This document shows positions 18,077-26,721 of a stretch of 64,000 nt of DNA, one piece after another. Below the pieces are notes generated by a model. It saw only the letters and a list, made by a program, of their open reading frames with translations, did not search any database and was not told the DNA's origin. Source of the DNA: an uncultured Acidobacteriota bacterium (GTDB lineage Bacteria > Acidobacteriota > Thermoanaerobaculia > Multivoradales > JAGPDF01); NCBI GenBank assembly GCA_963700315.1, contig CAVOXC010000001.1:141809-205808 (forward strand), in the 5' to 3' direction. The position numbers and the translations under genes were made by a program. Numbering within the stretch: the stretch's first letter is position 1; every line of letters begins with the position of its first letter.

Positions 18077-19855
18077 CTAGGGCCCGTTCTCCCCGAAGTA
18101 CGCGAGCAACCCGTCGACCACGGTGCGCGCGACTCTCTCCCGATAGTCGCGCTGGGTCAGCAGCTTGCGGTCGGCGCTGTTGGCCAGATTGCAGACCTCG
18201 AGAAGGACCTTGGCCGGGACCGCGTTGTAGCGCAACACCGCGGGCACCCAGGCGCGTCGACCGCGATAGATCCGATCGCGCACGGGCTGGTATGGGTGCA
18301 CCGCGTGGTCCTGCTGCCGGAAAGAGCGGATCAGGTGTTCGGCCAGATCGCGCGACAGACCTTCGCTGCGCTGCCGTGCGCGCGCCGAAAAGCTCACTCT
18401 CGGCTGTTCCCGATACTCCTTGCGGCTGGCGAAGACGCTCCCCGACTTGCCGTAGCTGCCCCCGCTCAGCGCGGCGCTCGGAACGTAGACGGTCGCTCCG
18501 CGGATCGAGGGGTGGAGCGAATCGGCGTGGATCGACACGAAGACCACCTTCCCGTCGCCCGCCTCGGCCACTTGGTTGAAGATGCTGTTGGCGAGGTACC
18601 AACGAAGGTGTACGCCAATGGTCGAGTCGGCAATGGCGTAGGACGGCGTCGTCAGAACCTCGTGCCTGCGCGAGTACGGAAGCACGTCGCGTTCGGGGAC
18701 CTGACTGCTCGATCCGTCTCTTGTCGTTGCGTGTACCCTGGCCAGAGTGTCCTTCTCCAGGCGCCGTTTGACCCGCAGCATGACGTCATAGACGTAGAGG
18801 CTCTCCCAGACACCCGCGCTCGAGGCGCCGACGTCCGCGCCGCCGTGTCCGGCGTCGAGGATCACCGTTACGCCCTCGAGGCCGCGCGCGCGGGCCTCGT
18901 TCTTGAATTGCCCGGCGACCCGGCGCTCCGCTTCCCATTCCAAACGCCGTGGATCGCCCGAGGGCAGGAAGTCGGGCAGCAGAAGATCCAGCGGAATCCG
19001 AACCGGGTAGCCGACAGGAATATCGGTGACGTCCGGGATCCCGCTGCGTTTCGCGATCTCCACCGCGAGCGCGTTGACGTCCTCGGCGTGGATCCGCCCG
19101 GTGAAGCGGACGACCACCGCCGAATAGAGGGCCTCGCCCGGGCGCAGCCTGTAAAGCGCGAAGCTGCCCGCCGCGTCCTCGCCGTAGTCGAGCAAGCGGG
19201 ACGCATCCTGGCTCGCGAGCGGTGGCGCAACCGGCGCAACGATCGCCGGGCCGAGCACGACGCCTGCTGGCTCGCCGGACGCCTGCGCAGCGAGATTCGC
19301 GGTCGGCAGCGGCGCGGGCGCGACGTAGCGGAAGACGGCGTGCAGCAGCTCGTTCGGGATCCGGATCTCCTGCCCCGGCTTCGTCGTCTCGCCCGACAGC
19401 CCATTGGCGGTTCGGATCGCCGCGGACCGCTGCGCGCTACCTGTCAGCCAAAGCGCGATCTGGTCGAGACTCTCGCCCCCGCTCCTGTGCAGCCAACCGT
19501 CGGCCGACGCTTGATCGGCGGGAAACAGGGCGCGAATCGCGCCCAGCATCCAATCCTGGGCCAGTGATTCGTACGGAATGCGATAGCGCGTGCCGGCGAG
19601 CAATCGGCGCGGATTCCCATTGATCCTCGCGATCTGCCGATAGGCCTCGGTGCCGCCGGTGAACCGGCGCGTAAAGGCGAGCAGCCCCTCGCCCGGAAGC
19701 GGCGCCGCCTCGAGGTAGAGCTCGCGCCGGTCGACCAGCGCCGCGCGCGCTCCGCTCGGCAGCATGGCGCGCTCGGTCGCGGCCGTCGCCGGTGCCGCCG
19801 GTGCGCCCAGAGCCAGCGCCGCCAGCACCGTCCTAGCGACCGTTCCCCGAGTCAT
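18077..19855 (-). CDS. N-acetylmuramoyl-L-alanine amidase (Amidase_3) with N-terminal LysM-like repeats
   Basis: VILDAGHGGADVGA, VFVSIHADS and LLEVCNLANSADRKLL are amidase_3 motifs. Three LysM-like segments end in RIPxxLL. Start trimmed to MTRGTVARTVLAALALGAPA (signal-like), which clears the gatA stop. Confidence 0.8.
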   Translation of the reverse strand: MTRGTVARTVLAALALGAPAAPATAATERAMLPSGARAALVDRRELYLEAAPLPGEGLLAFTRRFTGGTEAYRQIARINGNPRRLLAGTRYRIPYESLAQDWMLGAIRALFPADQASADGWLHRSGGESLDQIALWLTGSAQRSAAIRTANGLSGETTKPGQEIRIPNELLHAVFRYVAPAPLPTANLAAQASGEPAGVVLGPAIVAPVAPPLASQDASRLLDYGEDAAGSFALYRLRPGEALYSAVVVRFTGRIHAEDVNALAVEIAKRSGIPDVTDIPVGYPVRIPLDLLLPDFLPSGDPRRLEWEAERRVAGQFKNEARARGLEGVTVILDAGHGGADVGASSAGVWESLYVYDVMLRVKRRLEKDTLARVHATTRDGSSSQVPERDVLPYSRRHEVLTTPSYAIADSTIGVHLRWYLANSIFNQVAEAGDGKVVFVSIHADSLHPSIRGATVYVPSAALSGGSYGKSGSVFASRKEYREQPRVSFSARARQRSEGLSRDLAEHLIRSFRQQDHAVHPYQPVRDRIYRGRRAWVPAVLRYNAVPAKVLLEVCNLANSADRKLLTQRDYRERVARTVVDGLLAYFGENGP

Positions 19856-19880
19856 GAGACGCCGGCGTTGCGACACCAGT

Positions 19881-21362
19881 TCAAGCCGCTGGCGCCGGGG
19901 CACGGAACTCCGGAGCAAGACGCCAACCCGCTTCACGCTCGAACGCCCGCGCGGCGCGGAGGAGAGAGACTTCGTCGAAGGGGCGGGCCAACAGCTGCAG
20001 CGAGAGTGGGAGTCCGTCGCGGTCGAGGCCCGCTGGAACTGCGATCGCCGGCAGTCCCGCCAGATTGGCGGGCGTGGTGAAGACGTCCGACAGGTACATC
20101 GCCAGCGGGTCGCTCAACTTCTCGCCGAGCGCGAAAGCTCCGGTCGGGCTGGTCGGTGTCGCGATCAAGTCGACGGATTCGAAGGCGCCTGCGAGCTCGC
20201 CGCGCATCCGCTCGAGCACCGCGCGGGCCCGGCCGTAGTAAGCGTCATAGTAGCCCGAGGAGAGCGCGAACGTCCCGAGCATGATCCGCCGCTTGACCTC
20301 GGCCCCGAAAGCCTCGGAGCGGCTGTCGAGATAGACCTCGGCGAGACTGCGCGCCGACAGCGACCGGTGGCCGAAGCGCACGCCGTCGAAGCGCGCGAGA
20401 TTGGCGGACGCCTCGCAGTTGGCGATGACGTAGTAGACCTCGATCGCCGCAGTGATGCTCGGCACGGAGATCTCCACCAACTCCGCGCCCAGCGACTCGA
20501 GGTGGCCCAGCGCGCCCTGCCAGGTCGCCGCCACATCCGGCTCGAGCCTCTCCGCACCCACCTCCGCCAGGACTCCGATGCGCCAACCCGCGATCCCCTC
20601 TTCGATGGTCTCGAGCAAGCGGGGCGCTGCGCGCGGATCGCTAGTCGAATCGCGAGGATCGGGGCCGGCGACGATCTCCAGCGCGAGTGCTACGTCCCGC
20701 GTGCCGCGCGCCACCGGACCGATCTGGTCGAGAGACGAAGCGAAAGCGACGAGGCCCCAGCGCGATACCCGGCCATAGCTCGGTTTGAGGCCGACGACAC
20801 CACAGAAGGCCGCCGGCTGGCGGATCGACCCCCCAGTGTCCGAACCGAGCGCGAGCGGCACGCAGCCAGCGGCCACCGCCGCCGCCGAGCCACCCGAGGA
20901 GCCGCCCGGCACGCGCCCGAGATGCCAAGGATTGCGAGTGGGCCCGAAGGCCGAGTTCTCGCACGACGACCCCATCGCGAACTCGTCGAGGTTCGTCCGT
21001 CCGATCGGGACGGCATCGGCCGCGAACAGACGTTCGACGGCGGTCGCCGTGAACGGCGAGACGTAGCCGTCGAGAATTCGTGAGCCGCAGCTGAGTGGCT
21101 CACCCGCAACGGCAAGGTTGTCCTTGAGCGCCACCGGAACGCCCGCGAGTGGTCCCAGCGGCTCGCCGCGGCGCCGCCGCGCGTCGATCTCCCCGGCGCG
21201 AACGTACGCGCCGGCAGCGTCGACCCGAAGAAAAGCGCCGATCTTGGGTTCGACCGCCGCGACCCGAGCCAATGCCCGCTCCAGCACCTCGACTGCGGCG
21301 AGCTCACCGCCCGCAACCGCCGACGCGATCCGCTCGACACCAAGCTCGAGCGGATCAGCCAT
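19881..21362 (-). CDS. gatA: Glu-tRNA(Gln)/Asp-tRNA(Asn) amidotransferase subunit A
   Basis: From MADPLELGVERIA, then GVPVALKDNL and the amidase signature GGSSGGSAAAVAAG...LGSDTGGSIRQPAAFCGVVGLKPSYGRVSR. Confidence 0.9.
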   Translation of the reverse strand: MADPLELGVERIASAVAGGELAAVEVLERALARVAAVEPKIGAFLRVDAAGAYVRAGEIDARRRRGEPLGPLAGVPVALKDNLAVAGEPLSCGSRILDGYVSPFTATAVERLFAADAVPIGRTNLDEFAMGSSCENSAFGPTRNPWHLGRVPGGSSGGSAAAVAAGCVPLALGSDTGGSIRQPAAFCGVVGLKPSYGRVSRWGLVAFASSLDQIGPVARGTRDVALALEIVAGPDPRDSTSDPRAAPRLLETIEEGIAGWRIGVLAEVGAERLEPDVAATWQGALGHLESLGAELVEISVPSITAAIEVYYVIANCEASANLARFDGVRFGHRSLSARSLAEVYLDSRSEAFGAEVKRRIMLGTFALSSGYYDAYYGRARAVLERMRGELAGAFESVDLIATPTSPTGAFALGEKLSDPLAMYLSDVFTTPANLAGLPAIAVPAGLDRDGLPLSLQLLARPFDEVSLLRAARAFEREAGWRLAPEFRAPAPAA

Positions 21363-21645
21363 CGCTGGAGCCGAGCACCCTGGGAACGACCAAGAAGGGA
21401 CCGTGCGACGCTGGAGCATTGGCGAGAAAGAGCTCTCGGTCGAGGCCGGGAGACGTCTCGTCGGCCGCCTCGGTGCCGGCGGCGCGAGGCGGTACAGGAG
21501 CGGACCCCAGGTCCCACGCGCGGATCCTGTCAATATGGTCGACCACGCGTCCGAGCTGCTCGGCGAAGAGGCGTTCCTCTTCGGCGGAGAGACGGAGGCG
21601 CGCCAGTGCGGCTACGCGATGGACCTCGCGGGCGTCGAGCGACAT
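21355..21645 (-). CDS. gatC: Glu-tRNA(Gln)/Asp-tRNA(Asn) amidotransferase subunit C
   Basis: Only the last 96 codons of track ORF 21355..22923 are used: MSLDAREVHRVAALARLRLSAEEERLFAEQLGRVVDHIDRI. It overlaps the gatA start by 8 nt. Confidence 0.85.
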   Translation of the reverse strand: MSLDAREVHRVAALARLRLSAEEERLFAEQLGRVVDHIDRIRAWDLGSAPVPPRAAGTEAADETSPGLDRELFLANAPASHGPFLVVPRVLGSSDG

Positions 21646-21669
21646 ACTGAGCGCGCGAGATCCTAGCAG

Positions 21670-22965
21670 ATGGACGACAGCGCCTCTCCTCCCCGACTCT
21701 CCTCGCCGCGCGCGCGCGTCCTCGATCTGCGCCGTCACCCCGCGGCGCGAGCTCTGCTGGACGCGGCCGAGGGACGGCGAGTCCTGCTCGTCGGCGGCGC
21801 GACGCGAGACGCCGCGCTCGAGCGTCCCGTCGGCGACCTCGACGCCATCGTCGCCAGCGACGGCGCCCGCGTGGCCGATCGCCTCGCCACCGCCCTCGGC
21901 GGCCGCGCGATCGCGCTCGCGCCCGGACGGTTCGCCGCCGTGCGCGTCGTCGCGCCCGAGCTCGAAGTAGATATCTGGGATCTCGAGGGGGGCCGCGTCG
22001 AGCTCGACCTCGCGCGCCGCGACCTCACCATCAACGCGATCGCGCTCGACCTCGCGGCCGGCGAGATCGTCGATCCGTACGGCGGCCTCGCCGATCTCCA
22101 GCAACGTCGACTGCGCGCCGTCGCTCCCGCGACATTCGACGAGGACGCCTTGCGCGTGCTTCGGCTCGCCCGGCTCGCGGTCGCCCTCGGCGACTTCGAA
22201 GTCGAACCGAGTACGGCCGAGCTCGCGCGGCGGGCGGCGCATGGGCTCGCAACCGTCGCCGGGGAACGAATCCGCGACGAGCTCAGCCGGCTGGCGGACA
22301 GCGCGGCTGCCGGCGAGGAGCAGCGCGCGCTCGAGCTGGTCGGCGCCTTTCCGGGTCTCTGGGACGACTTCACGCCGGCGCGAGGCGACTCCGCCATCGC
22401 CATCTTCGAGGCCTATGCGACGCGTCGGGCGCAGCTGGGCCCGGCGATAGACCGCGCTGACGAGATCGCTGCCCGCCACGCTCTGCGCCTGCGCACGGCA
22501 CCTTCGACGCGAACTCCAGCCGAACGACTCGCGGTCCTCGCCCGCCGCGCCGTACTCTCGCGCGCAGAGTCGCGCAGAATCGCCTGCATTCTCGAGCTCG
22601 GTGTGGCATCGCCGCCGGCTGGAGACGATCGCGACCTCTGGCTCTCCCGGCTCGGCTCGCTCTGGCCCACCGCCTTCGCGGCGGCGGCGGCGGCCGCTCC
22701 TGCCGCCGCTTCCGGCGCTTGGGACCATTGTCTCGAACGGGCGGCGACCGCCGTCGCCTCGCGCGGCGACGACCTGACCGCGCCACGACCGCTCTTGGAC
22801 GGCACCGAGATCGCCCGGTTGCTCGGCATCGAGGAGGGTCCAGAGGTGGGAAGGGCGCTCGAAGAGCTGATTCGAGCGCAGGTTCTCGAGCGGGTGTCGA
22901 CCGTGGAGGAAGCGCGGCGCCATCTGGCTCTGAGGCGGAGGCGCGTAGAGCGAATCCCCGAGTAG
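21670..22965 (+). CDS. cca: CCA-adding enzyme / poly(A) polymerase-family tRNA nucleotidyltransferase
   Basis: LLVGGATRDAAL...GDLDAIV (GGxxRD, DxD), RRDLTINAIALDL, DPYGGLADL, FDEDALRVLRLARLA. Confidence 0.75.
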   Translation: MDDSASPPRLSSPRARVLDLRRHPAARALLDAAEGRRVLLVGGATRDAALERPVGDLDAIVASDGARVADRLATALGGRAIALAPGRFAAVRVVAPELEVDIWDLEGGRVELDLARRDLTINAIALDLAAGEIVDPYGGLADLQQRRLRAVAPATFDEDALRVLRLARLAVALGDFEVEPSTAELARRAAHGLATVAGERIRDELSRLADSAAAGEEQRALELVGAFPGLWDDFTPARGDSAIAIFEAYATRRAQLGPAIDRADEIAARHALRLRTAPSTRTPAERLAVLARRAVLSRAESRRIACILELGVASPPAGDDRDLWLSRLGSLWPTAFAAAAAAAPAAASGAWDHCLERAATAVASRGDDLTAPRPLLDGTEIARLLGIEEGPEVGRALEELIRAQVLERVSTVEEARRHLALRRRRVERIPE

Positions 22966-23112
22966 CCGGGGGCTCTCCGCGGGTTCAGCGGCTTCGATTG
23001 CCTGGCCGAGCGAGGACCACCGGTCGAGACAAGAACACCGGAACGAGAATCCGGGCGGCGCGGCAAGCGCCGGGGCGAGGAGCGCTACGAATCCTGGTGG
23101 CGAGGACGGGCC

Positions 23113-24564
23113 TCAGCGGAAGATGCCCGATTTCTTGTCGCCTTCGCCGCCGCCGTTGCCGATCAAGCGCTGGTTGAGCTCTTTGATGCGGTCCATCAGC
23201 TTGTCGATCTTCTCCTGAGCCTCCTGGCGCAGGCGGTTGTAGTCGCCACGCATCTTCTCCATCTCGGAGCTCATATCTTGCATGCGCGCCTCGAGCTCGC
23301 CGAGCTTCTGATCCCGCCCCTGAATGACTGATCCGAGGTCGGCGACCTGTTCCTCCTTCTCGGCGATCCGCATCTTGGTCTTCTCTTCTTGCTCTTCGTA
23401 GAGCTTGCGGTACTGCTGGAGCATCAAGATCTCGGAGAAATCGGCGGTCGACGGGCTCATCTGCCCTCCACGCTCCTCGATGTTGGGAAACATCTTGCGG
23501 AGCTTGAGCGAGAGGTCTTCGGGATCGGAGGATTGGCGCATCGCCTCCTGGTAGTCGATCGTGCCGTGCACCAGGAGCGCCAAGAGGGATTGATTCATCG
23601 ATTGCATGCGGTAGTAGCCGACGGAGGATTCGACTTCCTCGAGCAACAAGGAGGTCTCGCCCTTCTCGATCAGCTGCGCGATCCGGGGCGAGGTCTTCAT
23701 CACCTCGAGCGCGGCCACCAGGCCCTCTCCGTCGACGCGCTCGACCAGCTTCATCGAGACGACGCCTTTGAGCACCTGGGCAATCTGCGCGCGGACCTGA
23801 TTCTGCTGATCCGCGGGGAAAGCGTCGAGAATCCGGTCGATCGTCTGAGTCGCGCTGTTGGTATGTAGCGTCGAGAAGACCAGGTGGCCTGTCTCCGCGG
23901 CCGTGATCACCGTCGAGATGGTCTCTGGGTCGCGCATCTCGCCGACCATGATCACGTCCGGGTCCTGCCGCATCACGTTGCGCAAGGCCTCGGCGAACGA
24001 GGGAGTGTCCGTGCCGACCTCGCGCTGCGAGATCGTCGCGATGCCGTCGGTGAACAGAAACTCCACGGGGTCCTCGATCGTCACGACATGAACCGGGCGG
24101 CGTTGGGTGATGTATTTGACCAGGGCCGCGAGCGAGGTGGACTTCCCGCTCCCGGTCGGGCCGGTCACCAGGACCATGCCCATCGGCATATCGCAGAAGT
24201 CGATCAGAACCTCGGGCAAGTTGAGCGTCTCCACCGACCTGATCTCGTACGGGATCCGCCGAAACGCCGCCGCCAGAGTGCCGCGCTGGATGTAGATGTT
24301 GGAGCGGAACCTGGCGAGACCATGAACTCCGTAGCCCAGATCGCAAGACATCCGCTCCTCCAGCCGCCGCCGCTGATGCGGCGCCAGGAGACCGTCGACC
24401 ATCGATTGGATCTCATCGACGCCAAGCGCTTCCTGATCCATCTGAGAGAGCTTGCCGTTGATCCGCACGAGAGGAGGACGCGTCGGCTTGAGGTGCAGAT
24501 CCGAGGCTCCGCGCTCGGTCATCTGCCGGAGCAAGTCGTCGAGCTGTCGCATGAACGAGGGCAT
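23113..24564 (-). CDS. PilT-like type IV pilus retraction-family ATPase with a C-terminal coiled-coil extension of about 130 aa
   Basis: Walker A GPTGSGKSTSLAAL, Asp box VVTIEDPVEF, Walker B DPDVIMVGEMRD, His box GHLVFSTLHTNSA. The tail is rich in E/K/Q/L heptad-like text (KLYEEQEEKTKMRIAEKEEQVADL...MDRIKELNQRL). Confidence 0.8.
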   Translation of the reverse strand: MPSFMRQLDDLLRQMTERGASDLHLKPTRPPLVRINGKLSQMDQEALGVDEIQSMVDGLLAPHQRRRLEERMSCDLGYGVHGLARFRSNIYIQRGTLAAAFRRIPYEIRSVETLNLPEVLIDFCDMPMGMVLVTGPTGSGKSTSLAALVKYITQRRPVHVVTIEDPVEFLFTDGIATISQREVGTDTPSFAEALRNVMRQDPDVIMVGEMRDPETISTVITAAETGHLVFSTLHTNSATQTIDRILDAFPADQQNQVRAQIAQVLKGVVSMKLVERVDGEGLVAALEVMKTSPRIAQLIEKGETSLLLEEVESSVGYYRMQSMNQSLLALLVHGTIDYQEAMRQSSDPEDLSLKLRKMFPNIEERGGQMSPSTADFSEILMLQQYRKLYEEQEEKTKMRIAEKEEQVADLGSVIQGRDQKLGELEARMQDMSSEMEKMRGDYNRLRQEAQEKIDKLMDRIKELNQRLIGNGGGEGDKKSGIFR

Positions 24565-24633
24565 TCTACTTCCGATCGGCGCCCTCGGGTAAGAGCCGAC
24601 AATCCAGCGTCGGCCGACTTCGTTCCCGGCGCC

Positions 24634-25254
24634 TCAATAGCGGCGCATCAGGCCCACGACGATTCCCTGCACCCTGACGTCCGCAGCGTGGTACCTCAGC
24701 GGCAGCATCGCCGGATTCGCCGGCTGCAGACGGATCTGGGATCCCTCCGGGAAGAATCGCTTGAGCGTCACCTCATCGCCGACCAAGGCCACGACCATCT
24801 CGCCCGGCTGGGCGATCTCTCGCCGCTCCACGACCACCCAGTCGCCATCGTGGATCCCCTCGTCGATCATCGATTCGCCAGCAACGCGCAGGACATAGTG
24901 GTGCTCCTCACGCTCGCCGAAGAGATGCCGGGGCACGGACAGCGATTCCTGCCCGCTCACCGCCTCGATGGGCCGGCCGGCCGCGATTCTGCCGAGGAAA
25001 GGGAGCTCGGCGCCCTGGTGGAAGCGCTCCCCGGTGGCCACCGGGGTCAGCTCGAGACCACGCCGCTGGTGCCGGTCTCGGCGGAGATAGCCCTTCTCGA
25101 CCAGCAGCTTCAGATGCTTGTATGCCGTTCCGTAAGAGGAGAATCCGAACCTCTCGCAGATCTCCCGGTGCGTCGGCGAAATGCCGCGACGATGCTGAAA
25201 ATCCTGGATGAACTCGAGAATCTCCTTCTGTCGCTCGGTCAGGAACGCAGCCAT
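24634..25254 (-). CDS. lexA: LexA repressor
   Basis: LTERQKEILEFIQDF...GISPTHREICERFGFSSYGTAYKHLKLLVEKGYL (wHTH). Cleavage site AAG in GRIAAGRPIEAV. Catalytic Ser in GESMIDEGI and Lys in TLKRF. Confidence 0.9.
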   Translation of the reverse strand: MAAFLTERQKEILEFIQDFQHRRGISPTHREICERFGFSSYGTAYKHLKLLVEKGYLRRDRHQRRGLELTPVATGERFHQGAELPFLGRIAAGRPIEAVSGQESLSVPRHLFGEREEHHYVLRVAGESMIDEGIHDGDWVVVERREIAQPGEMVVALVGDEVTLKRFFPEGSQIRLQPANPAMLPLRYHAADVRVQGIVVGLMRRY

Positions 25255-25260
25255 GTCCAG

Positions 25261-25290
25261 AGGTTACGGCGGTAACGCGGCGTAAGTCAA
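25261..25290 (-). promoter_or_regulatory. Candidate sigma70-type lexA promoter (TTGACT-N18-TAACCT); the transcript may be leaderless
   Basis: -35 TTGACT at 25285-25290 and -10 TAACCT at 25261-25266. The A of the ATG (25254) is the 7th nt after the -10, and I see no SD sequence. Confidence 0.35.
25263..25276. promoter_or_regulatory. Candidate LexA operator: perfect inverted repeat GTTAC-N4-GTAAC
   Basis: The minus strand reads GTTACCGCCGTAAC, ending 8 nt upstream of the lexA ATG and overlapping the predicted -10. Confidence 0.4.
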
Positions 25291-25443
25291 TCCCTCGCGG
25301 ATGGCGATCTTGATCGCGCCACCTGGCCGCAGCGCGACAACCGCTCCGACCTGTTCGCCGGTACGGCGCACCGGCGGGCTCCAGCGCGCCCCCGGACCCG
25401 GTTCCGCTTGCATCGGGTGGACAGCGCTGATAGGTCTCTCGGC

Positions 25444-26721
25444 ATGGAACTGGGAATCCCGCAGGAGCTCGCCCGGCACCGGCTGGAGAACGGCTTGCGG
25501 GTCGTCGTCCACGCCGCCCCCGCCCTACCTCTGGTCGCCGTCAATCTCTGGTACCACGTCGGTTCGAAGAACGAGCGACCGGGTCGCACCGGCTTCGCAC
25601 ACCTGTTCGAGCACATGCTCTTTCAAGGCAGCGAGCACGTCGGCACGAATGACCATTTTCGACACCTGCAGAGCGTCGGCGGGGTCGCCAACGGCTCGAC
25701 CTGGTACGACAGGACGAACTACTACGAAACCGTTCCTGCGCATCAGCTCGACCTCGCGCTCTGGCTCGAGTCGGACCGCATGGGCTTTCTCCTTCCCGCG
25801 CTCGACCAGAAGAAGCTCGACAATCAACGCGATGTGGTCATGAACGAGCGGCGCCAGAGAGTCGACAACCAACCCTACGGTCGCCCGTACGAGCGCCTCT
25901 TCGAGCTGCTCTTTCCGGCCGACCACCCCTATCATTGGCCCGTGATCGGCACCATGGAAGACATTGCCGCGGCTACCCTCGAGGATGTTCGGGAGTTCTT
26001 CGGGAGGTACTACGTGCCCGGCAACGCGGTGCTGACGCTCGCCGGCGACGTTCGCCCGGACGACGCCTTCGAGCGGGCGGAGCGATGGTTCGGAACGATC
26101 CCAGCCGGGCCCGCGCCGCCACGGGTCGAGGCGCCCATCGGACCGCTCGAGCGAGGCGTCATCGAGGCCGTCGAAGACGCGGTCCAGCTCCCACGCGTCT
26201 ACCTCGCCTTTCGTGTCGAGCCGTACGGGCAGAGAGGCTGGTACGCCGCTTCGATGCTCGCGACGCTGCTCGGCGACGGCAAGTCGAGCCCGCTCTACAG
26301 CGACCTGGTCTATGGCCGCCAGCTCGCCCAGGACGTCTCGTGCTACGTCTACCCGACCGAGGCCGTGGGGATCTTCGTCGTCGCGGCCACCGCGAAGCCT
26401 GGCGTCGAGCCGCGTCGACTGGCCGACCTGCTCTGGGAGCATCTCGATCGGGCCGGAGACGAGGCCAACCTCTCGGAGCACGTCGAGCGAGCGAGGAACT
26501 CGACCCTCTCATCGCTTTGCGGCCAGCTCGAGACGCTCGATCAGCGCGCCGACCTGATCTCGATGTTCACGACCCTCTGGGATCGCCCGGAAGCGGCCTG
26601 GGAAGAGCCTGACCGCTATCTCGAGGTCCCGCCCAGCGAGCTCGCGGCGCTCGCCCGGGAGAGCCTCTCCCGCGGCCGTGGCGTCGAGCTCACGGTCATG
26701 CCACGGCGACCCAAGGAATGA
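25444..26721 (+). CDS. M16 (pitrilysin-family) zinc peptidase, catalytic-type subunit
   Basis: The HxxEH zinc motif is present (GFAHLFEHMLFQGS), followed by NGSTWYDRTNY. Start placed at ATG 25444 (the track ORF begins at TTG 25408). Confidence 0.8.
   Translation: MELGIPQELARHRLENGLRVVVHAAPALPLVAVNLWYHVGSKNERPGRTGFAHLFEHMLFQGSEHVGTNDHFRHLQSVGGVANGSTWYDRTNYYETVPAHQLDLALWLESDRMGFLLPALDQKKLDNQRDVVMNERRQRVDNQPYGRPYERLFELLFPADHPYHWPVIGTMEDIAAATLEDVREFFGRYYVPGNAVLTLAGDVRPDDAFERAERWFGTIPAGPAPPRVEAPIGPLERGVIEAVEDAVQLPRVYLAFRVEPYGQRGWYAASMLATLLGDGKSSPLYSDLVYGRQLAQDVSCYVYPTEAVGIFVVAATAKPGVEPRRLADLLWEHLDRAGDEANLSEHVERARNSTLSSLCGQLETLDQRADLISMFTTLWDRPEAAWEEPDRYLEVPPSELAALARESLSRGRGVELTVMPRRPKE

Noticed and set aside
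21646-22923. Upper 426 codons of the 522-aa minus-strand ORF 21355..22923
   Set aside because: Only the last 96 codons (gatC) look like protein. The rest is antisense to the CCA-adding enzyme gene, which has GGxxRD/DxD/RRDLTINA motifs.
23056-23072. Hairpin CGGCGC-GGCAA-GCGCCG in the convergent spacer between the cca-type gene and the PilT-like gene
   Set aside because: It could be a terminator, but the stem is only 6 bp and the downstream tract is only weakly T-rich. That is not enough to call.
22985-24346. 453-aa minus-strand ORF and the 463-aa plus-strand ORF 23884..25275
   Set aside because: These are alternative or antisense frames over the PilT-like and lexA genes. They give Arg/Gly/Pro/Asp-rich text with no motifs, while the PilT and LexA frames carry complete signature motifs.
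24609-24618. Perfect 10-bp palindrome GTCGGCCGAC between lexA and the PilT-like gene
   Set aside because: Short GC palindromes are expected by chance at this base composition. It has no flanking U-tract or recurrence in the window.
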